A DNA stretch of 64,000 nucleotides from Candidatus Hermodarchaeota archaeon (GTDB taxonomy: Archaea > Asgardarchaeota > Lokiarchaeia > Sigyniarchaeales > SOKP01). The position numbers and the translations under genes were made by a program. How positions within the stretch are numbered: position 1 is the stretch's first letter; the number at the start of each line of letters is the position of its first letter. The notes under the pieces were generated by a model. That model was not told the DNA's origin. It made no database searches and saw nothing but the letters and a program-made list of their open reading frames with translations. The stretch covers positions 8,458 to 72,457 of the forward strand of contig JBHLLP010000016.1 of assembly GCA_048885525.1 (NCBI GenBank), in the 5' to 3' direction. Below are positions 10,498 to 19,380 of the stretch, piece by piece.

Positions 10498-11563
10498 ATG
10501 CAAGAATTAGAGAGTTATCGATTGACACTGCAAACGAAACTTTTTGGTTGAAACTGTCTCAGTTACACTTGCGACGGCAACATACTGTAAGCTTTTTAGC
10601 GAGAAATTAGAGAAACTACTTGCCAATACAGGATTAAATGGTGATATTGAAGATTCCGCAATTATTCCTGTACCAAATACTAATCTTGTCATGGCTAAAA
10701 ATATAGATATCTTTACTCCAATTATAGATGAACCAGATATCATGGGAGAAATTGCCGCAGCTAATGTTACTAACGATATTTCCGCGCTAAATGTTCCCGA
10801 AATTTCTGGAATGCTTGTTTTCCTAGGATTAAAGAAAAAAATGCCTATGTACATAGCAGAAGGAATACTAAAGGGAATCAAAAACTTTATGGAAAACAAG
10901 TTAAATTCTAAAATTCTTGGAGGTCATACTATTTTCAGCCAATGGCCATTGATTGGGGGCGAAGCCTCTGGTTTCGTTGAAAAGGATAAAATTATCAAAA
11001 AAGATTATGTAGAAGAAGGAGATAAAATAATTCTAACAAAACCAATTGGAAATCAAGCAATAATGGCAGCATACAGACTTCAAAAAAACAATCCTGACCT
11101 TTTAGAATCTTATTCTACAACCGAAATTGACACTTCTATCGATATAGCTGTGAAATTAATGATATCACCCCTTCAAGATGTTGTAAAGACCATTCACACT
11201 TACAAAGATATGTCATTCATTCATTCGATGACAGATGTTAGTGGTTTTGGTCTTGCTGGGCATCTGAGAGAAATGCTTCAAAATTCAGGTCTTTCTGCTA
11301 TAATTGAGAAGATCCCTAGTATTAGACTGACAAGCGACTTAGCTTATGAATTTGGTTATAAATATGATGAATGTGAAATGCCTGAAACTGCTGGGGGGAT
11401 GCTTTTATCTGTTGATCACGAATATGCTGAGGAATTCTCACAGAGACTTAATAGTAAATATGGCGTAAAAAATTGGACTGTAGGTACGATCGATAACATC
11501 AATAAGCCCAAATATGTTCGTGTTTCTGAAAATGTTGAACATATTGAAATAACTAAAATTTAA
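10498..11563 (+). CDS. selD: Selenophosphate synthetase (selenoprotein, Sec18), split by a 31-nt BHB intron: join(10498..10552,10584..11563), 344 aa
   Basis: SD GAGGTGA precedes ATG 10498. Exon 1 reads MQELESYRLTLQTKLFG-TGA(10549-51). After intron removal the sequence continues N-C-K-L..., collinear with the second selD. It has DIFTPIIDEP, AAANVTND, GGHT, LTKPIG and TDVSGFGL.GH motifs and a 3' SECIS. Confidence 0.92.
10553..10583 (+). other. Bulge-helix-bulge (EndA-type) intron in selD mRNA
   Basis: Central helix GTTG(10547-50)/CAAC(10578-81), 3-nt bulges AAA(10551-53) and ATA(10582-84), inner helix CTGTC/GACGG and outer pair G10546-C10585. Cutting after the second nucleotide of each bulge removes 31 nt and restores the frame. 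Confidence 0.88.
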
Positions 11564-11635
11564 CGATGTCAATGAAATAAGCAAAAACACATTATTGTGG
11601 TAGTTTATTGAGAATACTGTTGCAAAACAGCATCG
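11564..11635 (+). promoter_or_regulatory. Eukaryote-like SECIS element (3' UTR of selD-1)
   Basis: ATGA(11572-75)-AATAAGC-AAAAA-CAC..GTG-GTA-GTTTATT-GA(11610-11): AUGA/GA core, upper stem, unpaired A run and apical ministem. Confidence 0.88.
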
Positions 11636-11837
11636 AAAATATTTGAAAATATTATGAATTATCTTATTTTTAAAAAAATTTCCTATTCTGTGTGAAATAC
11701 TAAGTTATATCTTTATTATTAATTATCGATATTTTCGATAAAAAATATCGAAAAGATTAATAAATTAGAAATATTCCCTCTTATACCATAAAAATTAAAA
11801 TGAGAACTTAAGAAAAAAAATAACAGAAGAACAACCC

Positions 11838-11999
11838 GATTGGTACCATCCTTATTAAGTAGAAGTGATTCAATTAGAAAAAGAGTTTAAAAAGGAGAGA
11901 TTACCAGTATTATCAATATCTAACGAATATTCCTAAGAGCATAAAGCATCTCTGATAACCAGAATTGAAGCATTCTTAGAAATGTTAAAAAAAATTTAA
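11838..11999 (+). pseudogene. Remnant of the C-terminus of a 2-hydroxyacyl-CoA dehydratase (HgdA/B-like) subunit
   Basis: The frame reads DWYHPY*VEVIQLEKEFKKERLPVLSISNEYS*EHKASLITRIEAFLEML. 'TRIEAFLEML' is the typical family C-terminus, and there are two internal TAA stops (11856, 11934). Confidence 0.7.
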
Positions 12000-12069
12000 T
12001 TAAAAAAAACAGTATAATATTATATACTGAAATATTTGAATCAGATTTAATTATTAATGTGAGGTGAAA

Positions 12070-13095
12070 ATGGAAAAACCAGAGTATAGGCTGACCCTAG
12101 ACGTTAAGATACACGGATGATCATGTAAGCTTGGACAAAACGATTTGAATGACTTATTAGTTAGAGTAGGATTAGCAGGAGACATTGAAGATGCTGCTAT
12201 TATACCAATACCTAATAGCGATCTGGTTCTTGTTAAAAATATCGATGTTTTCACACCAATTATTGATGAACCCGAACTCGCTGGTGAAATTGCGGCATGC
12301 AATGTAACTAATGACATTTTTGCGATGAATGTGCCTGAGATTTCAGGTATGCTTGTATTTCTTGCAATTAGTACAAGAACACCCATGGAAGTTGCCGAAG
12401 GTATTTTAAGAGGAATAAAGTATTTTATGGAGAAAAAAATTAATTCTCGAGTGGTTGGTGGACACACGATTTATAGTGAATGGCCATTAATAGGAGGAGA
12501 AGCATCTGGATATGTCGAAAAAAGTGCTATTATCCAAAAGCAAGGTGTAAAAAAAGGAGATAAATTAGTTTTAACCAAACCGATAGGATTGCAAGCAATA
12601 ATGGCATCATATAGGATTCTGAAAGATTTTCCAGAAATGTTAGAACACTATTCAGCTGAAGAACTTCAAAAGTCAATTGATCTTGCCATAAAAATTATGA
12701 CAACTCCAAATCAAGATGTTGTAAAAACTATTCATTCTTACAAGGATTTTTCATTCATTCATGCCCTAAGTGATATCACTGGATTTGGCTTAGGGGGACA
12801 TACGGCTGAAATGCTGCAAAACTCAAATCTATCAGCTATAATTGAGACTGTTCCATCAATTAAGTTTTCTGAACAGTTATCGCATGAGTTAGGGTATGCT
12901 TTTGATGATTGTAAGTGCCATGAAACTGCAGGGGGTATGCTCCTGGCTGTTGATCCTACAAAAGTTGAAGAATTTACAAATAGGCTTACAATTAATAAAA
13001 TATCAAACTGGATTATTGGTACAATTAATCAACAAAAACCAGGTTTGGTTCAGATTTCAGAGCAAGTTCAAAACATTGAAATTACAGAAATTTAA
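12070..13095 (+). CDS. selD: Selenophosphate synthetase (selenoprotein, Sec17), intronless paralog, 341 aa
   Basis: SD GAGGTGA precedes ATG 12070. It reads MEKPEYRLTLDVKIHG-TGA(12118-20)-SCKL, in frame with ORF 12145..13095, giving a UxxK active-site motif. A 3' SECIS is present. Confidence 0.95.
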
Positions 13096-13096
13096 A

Positions 13097-13166
13097 GATG
13101 TTAATGATATAAGCTTAAACATTTCATATGGCTGCTTATTGAAAATTCCACTTGCGAAGTGGCATC
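13097..13166 (+). promoter_or_regulatory. Eukaryote-like SECIS element (3' UTR of selD-2)
   Basis: ATGA(13104-07)-T-ATAAGC-TTAAA-CAT..ATG-GCT-GCTTAT-T-GA(13141-42); same architecture as the first SECIS. Confidence 0.88.
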
Positions 13167-13179
13167 AAAAATGAAACTA

Positions 13180-13971
13180 TTATCTTTCTTTAATTTTTCC
13201 ATTAAGTTTTGTGATAATTTCTCTAATTTCATTAAGAGCGTTATCTATTAATTTTTCACCGTGTTCTACATTAAAGGCGGTTATTGAAACCTCTACCTCT
13301 ACTGATAAGCCAATTCTAGGATGGGTTTTAATCCAAAGTTGAGGATACTTTTTCTCTAATTCATTTGTATATGCTGCAATCTGGCTCTCTCCAACACCTG
13401 AAAAAAGAAAACCTTTCTCAATAAAATTTCCTTGTTGTTCTTTTAGAATTGGTATAATAATATTTCTAAACATAGCTTTTAACTCAGCAGGTACACCAGG
13501 TAAAATAAAAATTGTAATATTTTTTTCAGTAAGCTTAACGCCTGGAGCAGTTCCTACTGTATTAGGTAGCGGAATAGAACCTTTCGGAAGATATGCCATT
13601 TTTTCTCGTTCTTTAGTCATACCTTCGAGTTGTAATAGTCCTTTTTTATGAGCTCGTTTGTAAGTCTTCTCAATAGTTTTATACGCATGATGATCTAGCT
13701 CTAAATTCCTATTTAATCCATATGCTATTCCCTGCAAAGTCATATCGTCAAATGTGGGACCGAGTCCTCCAGATGTTATAATAATATCTGGTTTACGTTG
13801 TAAAATTTGTTTTAATGTCGTCGAAATTACTTCAAGCTCATCTCCAATAGTAATAATCCTTTTAACTTGATGTCCATACTTAGTAATTCTTTTTGCCATC
13901 CAATTAGAATTTGTATCTTGAGTCTTTCCAATAAGGATTTCATTTCCAATCATTAATAATTCAATTATCAT
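13180..13971 (-). CDS. CinA-like / molybdopterin-binding domain protein
   Basis: IGNEILIGKTQDTNS.W, SGGLGPTFDDMT, N.VGTAPG and LPGVPAE motifs. Confidence 0.9.
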   Translation of the reverse strand: MIIELLMIGNEILIGKTQDTNSNWMAKRITKYGHQVKRIITIGDELEVISTTLKQILQRKPDIIITSGGLGPTFDDMTLQGIAYGLNRNLELDHHAYKTIEKTYKRAHKKGLLQLEGMTKEREKMAYLPKGSIPLPNTVGTAPGVKLTEKNITIFILPGVPAELKAMFRNIIIPILKEQQGNFIEKGFLFSGVGESQIAAYTNELEKKYPQLWIKTHPRIGLSVEVEVSITAFNVEHGEKLIDNALNEIREIITKLNGKIKER

Positions 13972-14077
13972 GAAAAAATCCCCAAAAAATTCTAGTTATA
14001 TAATATTTTATAAAACTTGATATTTTTTAATTAATTTACTCAATTACTTGTAGAAAAAATAACGTGTTTTTAAATAT

Positions 14078-14635
14078 ATGACAATCGAAATAGACGATAG
14101 TGGCACGGGTGACCTTGTAGGAGATGCGTTTATAGGTCTTTTAAGGAAAGAAACTGGAGAGTTGGTTTTTAAAACATTGCCTGTCAAGCTTTTTCAAGGA
14201 AAAAACTGGAAAAATAAAAAACCTTTAAAGGTTGCTGTGGAACTTATACGAGAAGGATTACAGGAACTAAATTTCCAGAATCAAACTGAAAAAGTAGAAC
14301 TCTGTAGAGGCAACATTTTCGATTATGTAAGGAATTATTTTGTAGAGGAAGGCATCAATTACGAAGATGCTATAGTTGAAGGAAAACTACAAGATGCAGT
14401 TGAGGGGAAATTGTTAGAACACCTCAGAAATGATTTAGGTGTGAGATCCAAACGTTTAACTAAGAAAAGTGGAGCTAAACGGTTTTTTGTATTATTTAAT
14501 TGGGTTTGTTCTGATATTTTTAAAAGAGAGAAGTATGTTAAATCAGGATTTAAAAAATGGAACACAGTCTGGCGTGATCGTGCCATTGAAAAGTATAATA
14601 AAATTAAATCTTCATATAAAAATAATAAATCATGA
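14078..14635 (+). CDS. Conserved hypothetical protein, RNase H-like N-terminus
   Basis: 'IEIDDSGTGDLVGDAFIG' resembles the RNase HII GxDEAGRG..G motif. Function unresolved. Confidence 0.55.
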   Translation: MTIEIDDSGTGDLVGDAFIGLLRKETGELVFKTLPVKLFQGKNWKNKKPLKVAVELIREGLQELNFQNQTEKVELCRGNIFDYVRNYFVEEGINYEDAIVEGKLQDAVEGKLLEHLRNDLGVRSKRLTKKSGAKRFFVLFNWVCSDIFKREKYVKSGFKKWNTVWRDRAIEKYNKIKSSYKNNKS

Positions 14636-15318
14636 AAATTGTTGTGTTTGCACCCCATCCTGATGATGAAATTTTTGGATGTGGTGGTAGCATCTTAAAA
14701 TGGTTAGAAGAAGGACATGATGTACACATTGTATATGTTACAGATAATAGAGTATTAATTGCCTGGGGATTAGGACATGATGTACTCTTATTGGAAGAAG
14801 CAGAAGAGTTCATCAATCTTAGTGAGGATGAAATTGCTAAAATCGCGTTGAAAGAAGCAGAGCAAGTATCACAGGATTTTGGATTAAAAAGAGAAAATGT
14901 ACATTTATTTAAGTTTCATGACCAAGATGCTATGAACAATATTGAAGCTGGGGTAACTTTAGCTAAACAAATAATAAAGGATGCAGATCGGATTGTTCTC
15001 TCAAGTGATAATAATAATCATGTAGATCACCAAGCTACTCATACTATAGCCAAAAGAGCAGCAAAGGAACTTAACTTAAGAAAAAGTGAGTTCTATGTCT
15101 ATGCTTTATATAATGTTTTAAAGTCACCTAAAGAAAAACAAATCAAGATAAAAATGGAACAATATAGAAAGAAACTATATGAATTAATGAAAGGTTATAA
15201 AACCCAGCTCTGTTTAAAAGATACTAGATTGGGATGGGAATACGTATTAAAAAGGAAGAGATTTGAAAGGTTTGGAGTTTTCAGATTTGAAGATATGAAT
15301 AAATTTGAAAACTTTTAA
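14632..15318 (+). CDS. PIG-L/LmbE family deacetylase
   Basis: APHPDDE..GCGG and HVDH motifs. Confidence 0.9.
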   Translation: MKIVVFAPHPDDEIFGCGGSILKWLEEGHDVHIVYVTDNRVLIAWGLGHDVLLLEEAEEFINLSEDEIAKIALKEAEQVSQDFGLKRENVHLFKFHDQDAMNNIEAGVTLAKQIIKDADRIVLSSDNNNHVDHQATHTIAKRAAKELNLRKSEFYVYALYNVLKSPKEKQIKIKMEQYRKKLYELMKGYKTQLCLKDTRLGWEYVLKRKRFERFGVFRFEDMNKFENF

Positions 15319-16004
15319 TCCAATTCTGTTCCACAATTTTTACAAACTTTATCATTTAGTGCATTTTTATCATAGCCACAGGCAAAACAAATAAGATTTT
15401 TCCCATTTTTAGGTAGCTCAAATTCTACCCCTTCAATAGGTTCAATTACTTCTTCTGATGGTTCTTGTTTTTTTCGCTTAAGCATTTCAATTTCCTCTGC
15501 TTTAACACGCTGTTTTTCAACAAAATCTTTATCATGGGGAGTAATTATTGTAAAATCTTCTGATGGTTGAATTTCTTTGAATCCTTTTGGTAAATTTCTA
15601 AATTCAGAATCTTCAATAATCTTAGAATTGATATTTACAGTTGAATTTGAAATGTTATTTTGAATTGTTTCTTCATTCTGCATAATTTTTTCCTTGTTCA
15701 GAATAATTTCTGGTGATCCTTCTGGTTTAGGTTCTTCTTCTTGATATCTCAAGTCATCTTTATATACTTCTTCTTTTAATTGCCCTGCTTTTAGCTCTTT
15801 AATGTGGTTAAAAATACCTTTAGTTCTATTAATAATCATATTCTTAAATGAAGCATCTACCTTCGAAGATTTTGAGAAATTAAGTGCCAACTCGGATATT
15901 TCTACCCATTCTTGGATCGCAGCTTTAATATCACCTTTTCTTTCAAATCTTTTTGCTATTGCAATTTTAACTCCAAGTTCTTTATTAAATTGTGTTATAT
16001 CCAT
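15315..16004 (-). CDS. Hypothetical protein: MIT-like N-terminal helical bundle and C-terminal zinc ribbon
   Basis: Likely start ATG 16004 (MDITQFN). 'AIAKRFERKGDIKAAIQEW' lies at the N-terminus and CFAC..CKNC at the C-terminus. Confidence 0.65.
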   Translation of the reverse strand: MDITQFNKELGVKIAIAKRFERKGDIKAAIQEWVEISELALNFSKSSKVDASFKNMIINRTKGIFNHIKELKAGQLKEEVYKDDLRYQEEEPKPEGSPEIILNKEKIMQNEETIQNNISNSTVNINSKIIEDSEFRNLPKGFKEIQPSEDFTIITPHDKDFVEKQRVKAEEIEMLKRKKQEPSEEVIEPIEGVEFELPKNGKNLICFACGYDKNALNDKVCKNCGTELD

Positions 16005-16169
16005 GATAGATTTTTTTTTCCTAACTTTAGATACAATCTTTACAAATAAATTCAAATATAAATTCTTTTTTCGAATGTTGATACAAAATTTAATATTTAA
16101 AATCACTACTATTTATATAAAAGTATATAATATCTCTGAGAACATTAACTACTTAAGAGCAATTAATTT

Positions 16170-18059
16170 ATGTCAATTAATCCTCTTTCTTCAAATGAAA
16201 TAAAAAATTTAAGAAACGTCATAGAGAAAAATGGATGGAAGATCGAAGGAACTACTGAGAATTATTTTCGTTATAGTCTAAAGAAGAATAAATTACTCTT
16301 ATTTACAATAAAATTTCCGGTAACTTTTCCGATTAGGATTAATATTCCTTTTGAAGTTGTAAATTTTCGAGTTTCAGTAGCTTTTCAATTCTGGAATTTA
16401 GAAAAAAACACATATAGTGTAATTCTTTATCTTATGAAAGCATTGAGAAATTTGGCAATATCAATAACTCTTGAACATAATTTTCCTATAGAAGATAAGA
16501 AACAACAAGTTGGAGATTTATTAAATTTAATTATTCCAGAACATATCAATAATGAAAAAGAGAATTCATGGTTAAATCGTATAAGGATTTCACTTATGAA
16601 TAAAAGAGATAGATTCAATGAGTTTTCTGATAAGGATTTGAATATAATCATAGAATCTCTTCAAAAAACGGGATTAAATCCCAGCTTTAAAATACCTTGG
16701 GAATTAAAATATGGAATACCTAAGCTAAGAACCTCTGAAACTTTGCTTTTTTCAAATGAAAGTGCTTTAGATGAATTTTTTATTTTAGAGAAAGGATATT
16801 TCACCTATTTCAAAGATTTAGAAAATAATAAATTTCATCTCAGAGGTTTTTTTGATAGTTATACACCGTATATTTTAAATGAATTATTTAAAGATAATCC
16901 AGAATTTAGATTAGAATCGTTTATTGTAAATTGGATTCAATTTATTCGTATGATTTTAAATTCCCTAGTAGAAATCATTCAAAAAGGAAATATAAACCAA
17001 ACTGAACTTATTAATTTTCGCCCAGTTAAAGAACTTATCTATGGAGATCAAAATTTCATAGAAGATCACAATAATTTCCCCTTTTCTGCCTTAAGTTATG
17101 AATCTGTAATAACAAAAGAATTATTTAGCATTCATAATGACTTATTCAATAAACCACCAACTAATTTTGAAGTATTTGAATCAATAAATCAATATACTGA
17201 AGCTGAAGAATTAGTAAAAAACTATAGATTCGAAGAAGCAGCTAAAATTTTAAACGAAGCTTTAATAGTATTTAATAAAAATCAACAACGCAAGATTGTT
17301 GTATCTATCTTATTAAAATTAAGAAAAATAGCAAAACTCTTAAATCATGAAGATACTGCTCTTAATTATTTACAAAATGCATTAGGAGTAGCTAAATCTG
17401 GAGATATTCCAATAAATTTTATTATAAAGGTTCATTATAAACTCGGTATTATATATTATAAAAGAAAGGATTTTCAAGAAGCATTAAATCATTTTAAAAT
17501 TATTGTAAATTTTTTAGAAAATGAAGAGCTTTCCTTTAATAAAGAAGAATATATAGGCTTGGCTTATCTTTACATTGGAATGATTTATTTAGAACAAAAA
17601 AATATTGAAGAATCTAAAATTTTCTTTAAAAATGCTTTTCAAATTGGAGAAGATAATTTATGCATAAAACTAAAATATTTTCTATTACGTGGTATTTTTT
17701 ATAAAAACCAAGGTAATATATCACTCACTCAAAAATTTTTAAAAGCTGGTTTTGATGCTATTGGCTTAAATTTTGAAAATGAGAAGATTTTTAAAGTTCT
17801 ACTAGACCTTATGCTTGAGTTATCTGAATTCTATATCCATCATAAGAAAGATGCACGAAAGGCCTATTATTTACTTAAAAATCTTGAGAATCAAATAAGA
17901 ATAAAGGAAATAAGTAATATGAAAAGAGGAATACGCTGGAATTTATTAATGGTTGATTTTTATAATACATTTGAAGAAAATCATGAGAAATCTCAATTTT
18001 ATTTTAAGCAGAGTCAGAAATTAAGGAATCAACTTCAGACAATAGGAATAAATATTTAG
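16170..18059 (+). CDS. Hypothetical protein with C-terminal TPR repeats
   Basis: TPR units such as 'HYKLGIIYYKRKDFQEALNHF' and 'AYLYIGMIYLEQKNIEESK'. Confidence 0.75.
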   Translation: MSINPLSSNEIKNLRNVIEKNGWKIEGTTENYFRYSLKKNKLLLFTIKFPVTFPIRINIPFEVVNFRVSVAFQFWNLEKNTYSVILYLMKALRNLAISITLEHNFPIEDKKQQVGDLLNLIIPEHINNEKENSWLNRIRISLMNKRDRFNEFSDKDLNIIIESLQKTGLNPSFKIPWELKYGIPKLRTSETLLFSNESALDEFFILEKGYFTYFKDLENNKFHLRGFFDSYTPYILNELFKDNPEFRLESFIVNWIQFIRMILNSLVEIIQKGNINQTELINFRPVKELIYGDQNFIEDHNNFPFSALSYESVITKELFSIHNDLFNKPPTNFEVFESINQYTEAEELVKNYRFEEAAKILNEALIVFNKNQQRKIVVSILLKLRKIAKLLNHEDTALNYLQNALGVAKSGDIPINFIIKVHYKLGIIYYKRKDFQEALNHFKIIVNFLENEELSFNKEEYIGLAYLYIGMIYLEQKNIEESKIFFKNAFQIGEDNLCIKLKYFLLRGIFYKNQGNISLTQKFLKAGFDAIGLNFENEKIFKVLLDLMLELSEFYIHHKKDARKAYYLLKNLENQIRIKEISNMKRGIRWNLLMVDFYNTFEENHEKSQFYFKQSQKLRNQLQTIGINI

Positions 18060-18073
18060 AATAAAAAAATTTT

Positions 18074-18280
18074 TTAACTTCTTGAAAATTGAGTTCTTTT
18101 AGCTCCAAGACTATCTTGTTGGCCACCAAACCTGCCTTTTATAACTCTCTCCAAATACAATTCTCTAAATCGCATTCTTGGAGGTTTTTTCTTTTTAGCA
18201 TTCACTCCAGTTCGATCAATTTTCGGAGTTTGCATTTTCACTTTTCCTGCTTTTGTTAAAGAACCATGAGAACCGGGCAT
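18074..18280 (-). CDS. rps30e: 30S ribosomal protein eS30 (S30e)
   Basis: SHGSLTKAGKVK.QTPKI signature. Confidence 0.95.
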   Translation of the reverse strand: MPGSHGSLTKAGKVKMQTPKIDRTGVNAKKKKPPRMRFRELYLERVIKGRFGGQQDSLGAKRTQFSRS

Positions 18281-18444
18281 TTTATTAGTATCTTCTCGTT
18301 TTTATAATTATATTATGAATATATAAATTAATTCAAACTCTTAAATTTTATTATATTCTGCAAATCTTAAAGATTGGACTCCAATTTTTTATCAAATTCT
18401 CTCTACATTTCTTATTTACATTAATTCAATTTCAAATAAATACA

Positions 18445-18603
18445 ATGTCTAATAGAAAAATAAATACATCCAAAATCGCTAATTTTAAAAATAATAAAGA
18501 AAAGATTTCATTTAAAGTTGAGAAAATAGTATGTTTTGCATGTGGAGAAAAAGTTAATTTGAACACTGAAATTTGCCCTTATTGCAGAACAACAATTAAA
18601 TAA
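18445..18603 (+). CDS. Small zinc-ribbon protein (52 aa), not in ORF track
   Basis: MSNRKINTSKIANFKNNKEKISFKVEKIVCFACGEKVNLNTEICPYCRTTIK; CxxC-x10-CxxC. Confidence 0.75.
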   Translation: MSNRKINTSKIANFKNNKEKISFKVEKIVCFACGEKVNLNTEICPYCRTTIK

Positions 18604-19183
18604 TGTCTTTTTCGTCGGTTTTTTTAGCTTTAAAAAGAAATGATAAAGAAATCCATAAAATTAAATATATAACAATATTTCCTAAGAAGATTACTAAATC
18701 TTGATTAAAATATGCCAATTTTAGGATATACACTATAAATAACCAGCTAACATTAAATACAATAAAATAAAAACCAATTTTTTGAGATAGTGTCTCCCTT
18801 TTCTTCCATATCAAATAAATACTGACAATAAAAGGAAATACATGAATATAATCATAATAAAGGAATAATATAAAGAACTCATAGATAGTAATTATTCCTA
18901 ATGGTACAATAGAATAGATTAAGAAATTATTTATATAAGGATTATCACGATAAATAAACCATACTAATGAAAATGAGAAATACCATTGACTTAATGTGAA
19001 TATAACTAAATTTACTCCCGGATCTCCATGAGATCTAGGTCCATAAAGAAATGTATCTAATGGTTGCCATGAAAAAGGTATCCAAAATTGAAAGATTAAA
19101 GAAATTATAGTTGCAATCGATATTTGAATTAACGTTATAGTTATTAGACTTAGTCTTTTCAAATTGAATTTCGATTTAATCAT
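18596..19183 (-). CDS. Hypothetical integral membrane protein
   Basis: About six hydrophobic segments. Confidence 0.7.
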   Translation of the reverse strand: MIKSKFNLKRLSLITITLIQISIATIISLIFQFWIPFSWQPLDTFLYGPRSHGDPGVNLVIFTLSQWYFSFSLVWFIYRDNPYINNFLIYSIVPLGIITIYEFFILFLYYDYIHVFPFIVSIYLIWKKRETLSQKIGFYFIVFNVSWLFIVYILKLAYFNQDLVIFLGNIVIYLILWISLSFLFKAKKTDEKDII

Positions 19184-19380
19184 TAAAATTTCAAGTCTTT
19201 ATCTCAATTTTACTTTTACTAATTATTAGACTTACATAGTTATTTTTTAATTTCATGAAGTTTAAAGAACTTTCAATTAGTCTATACACTTTTAGTAAAT
19301 TTTAGTCCAATAACTATCTAAAGATCCAATATCAGTTCCGGACTAGAAACTAGAAATATAGTCTTGATCTAATTATTATT

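Noticed and set aside
10544-10588. ORF-track N-terminus MVETVSVTLATATYCKL for selD-1
   Set aside because: It has no SD and lacks the YRLT...G-U segment conserved with the paralog; it is an off-frame reading of exon 1 plus intron.
10553-10588. ACTGT direct repeat read as a target-site duplication or as ribosomal bypassing (TGT to TGT hop)
   Set aside because: Not fully excluded, but a canonical BHB with exactly frame-restoring cut sites explains the insertion better, and no transposon ends are present.
10560-10590. Alternative BHB with central helix CAGT/ACTG
   Set aside because: It would excise 24 nt and create an in-frame TAA; the flanking helices are weak.
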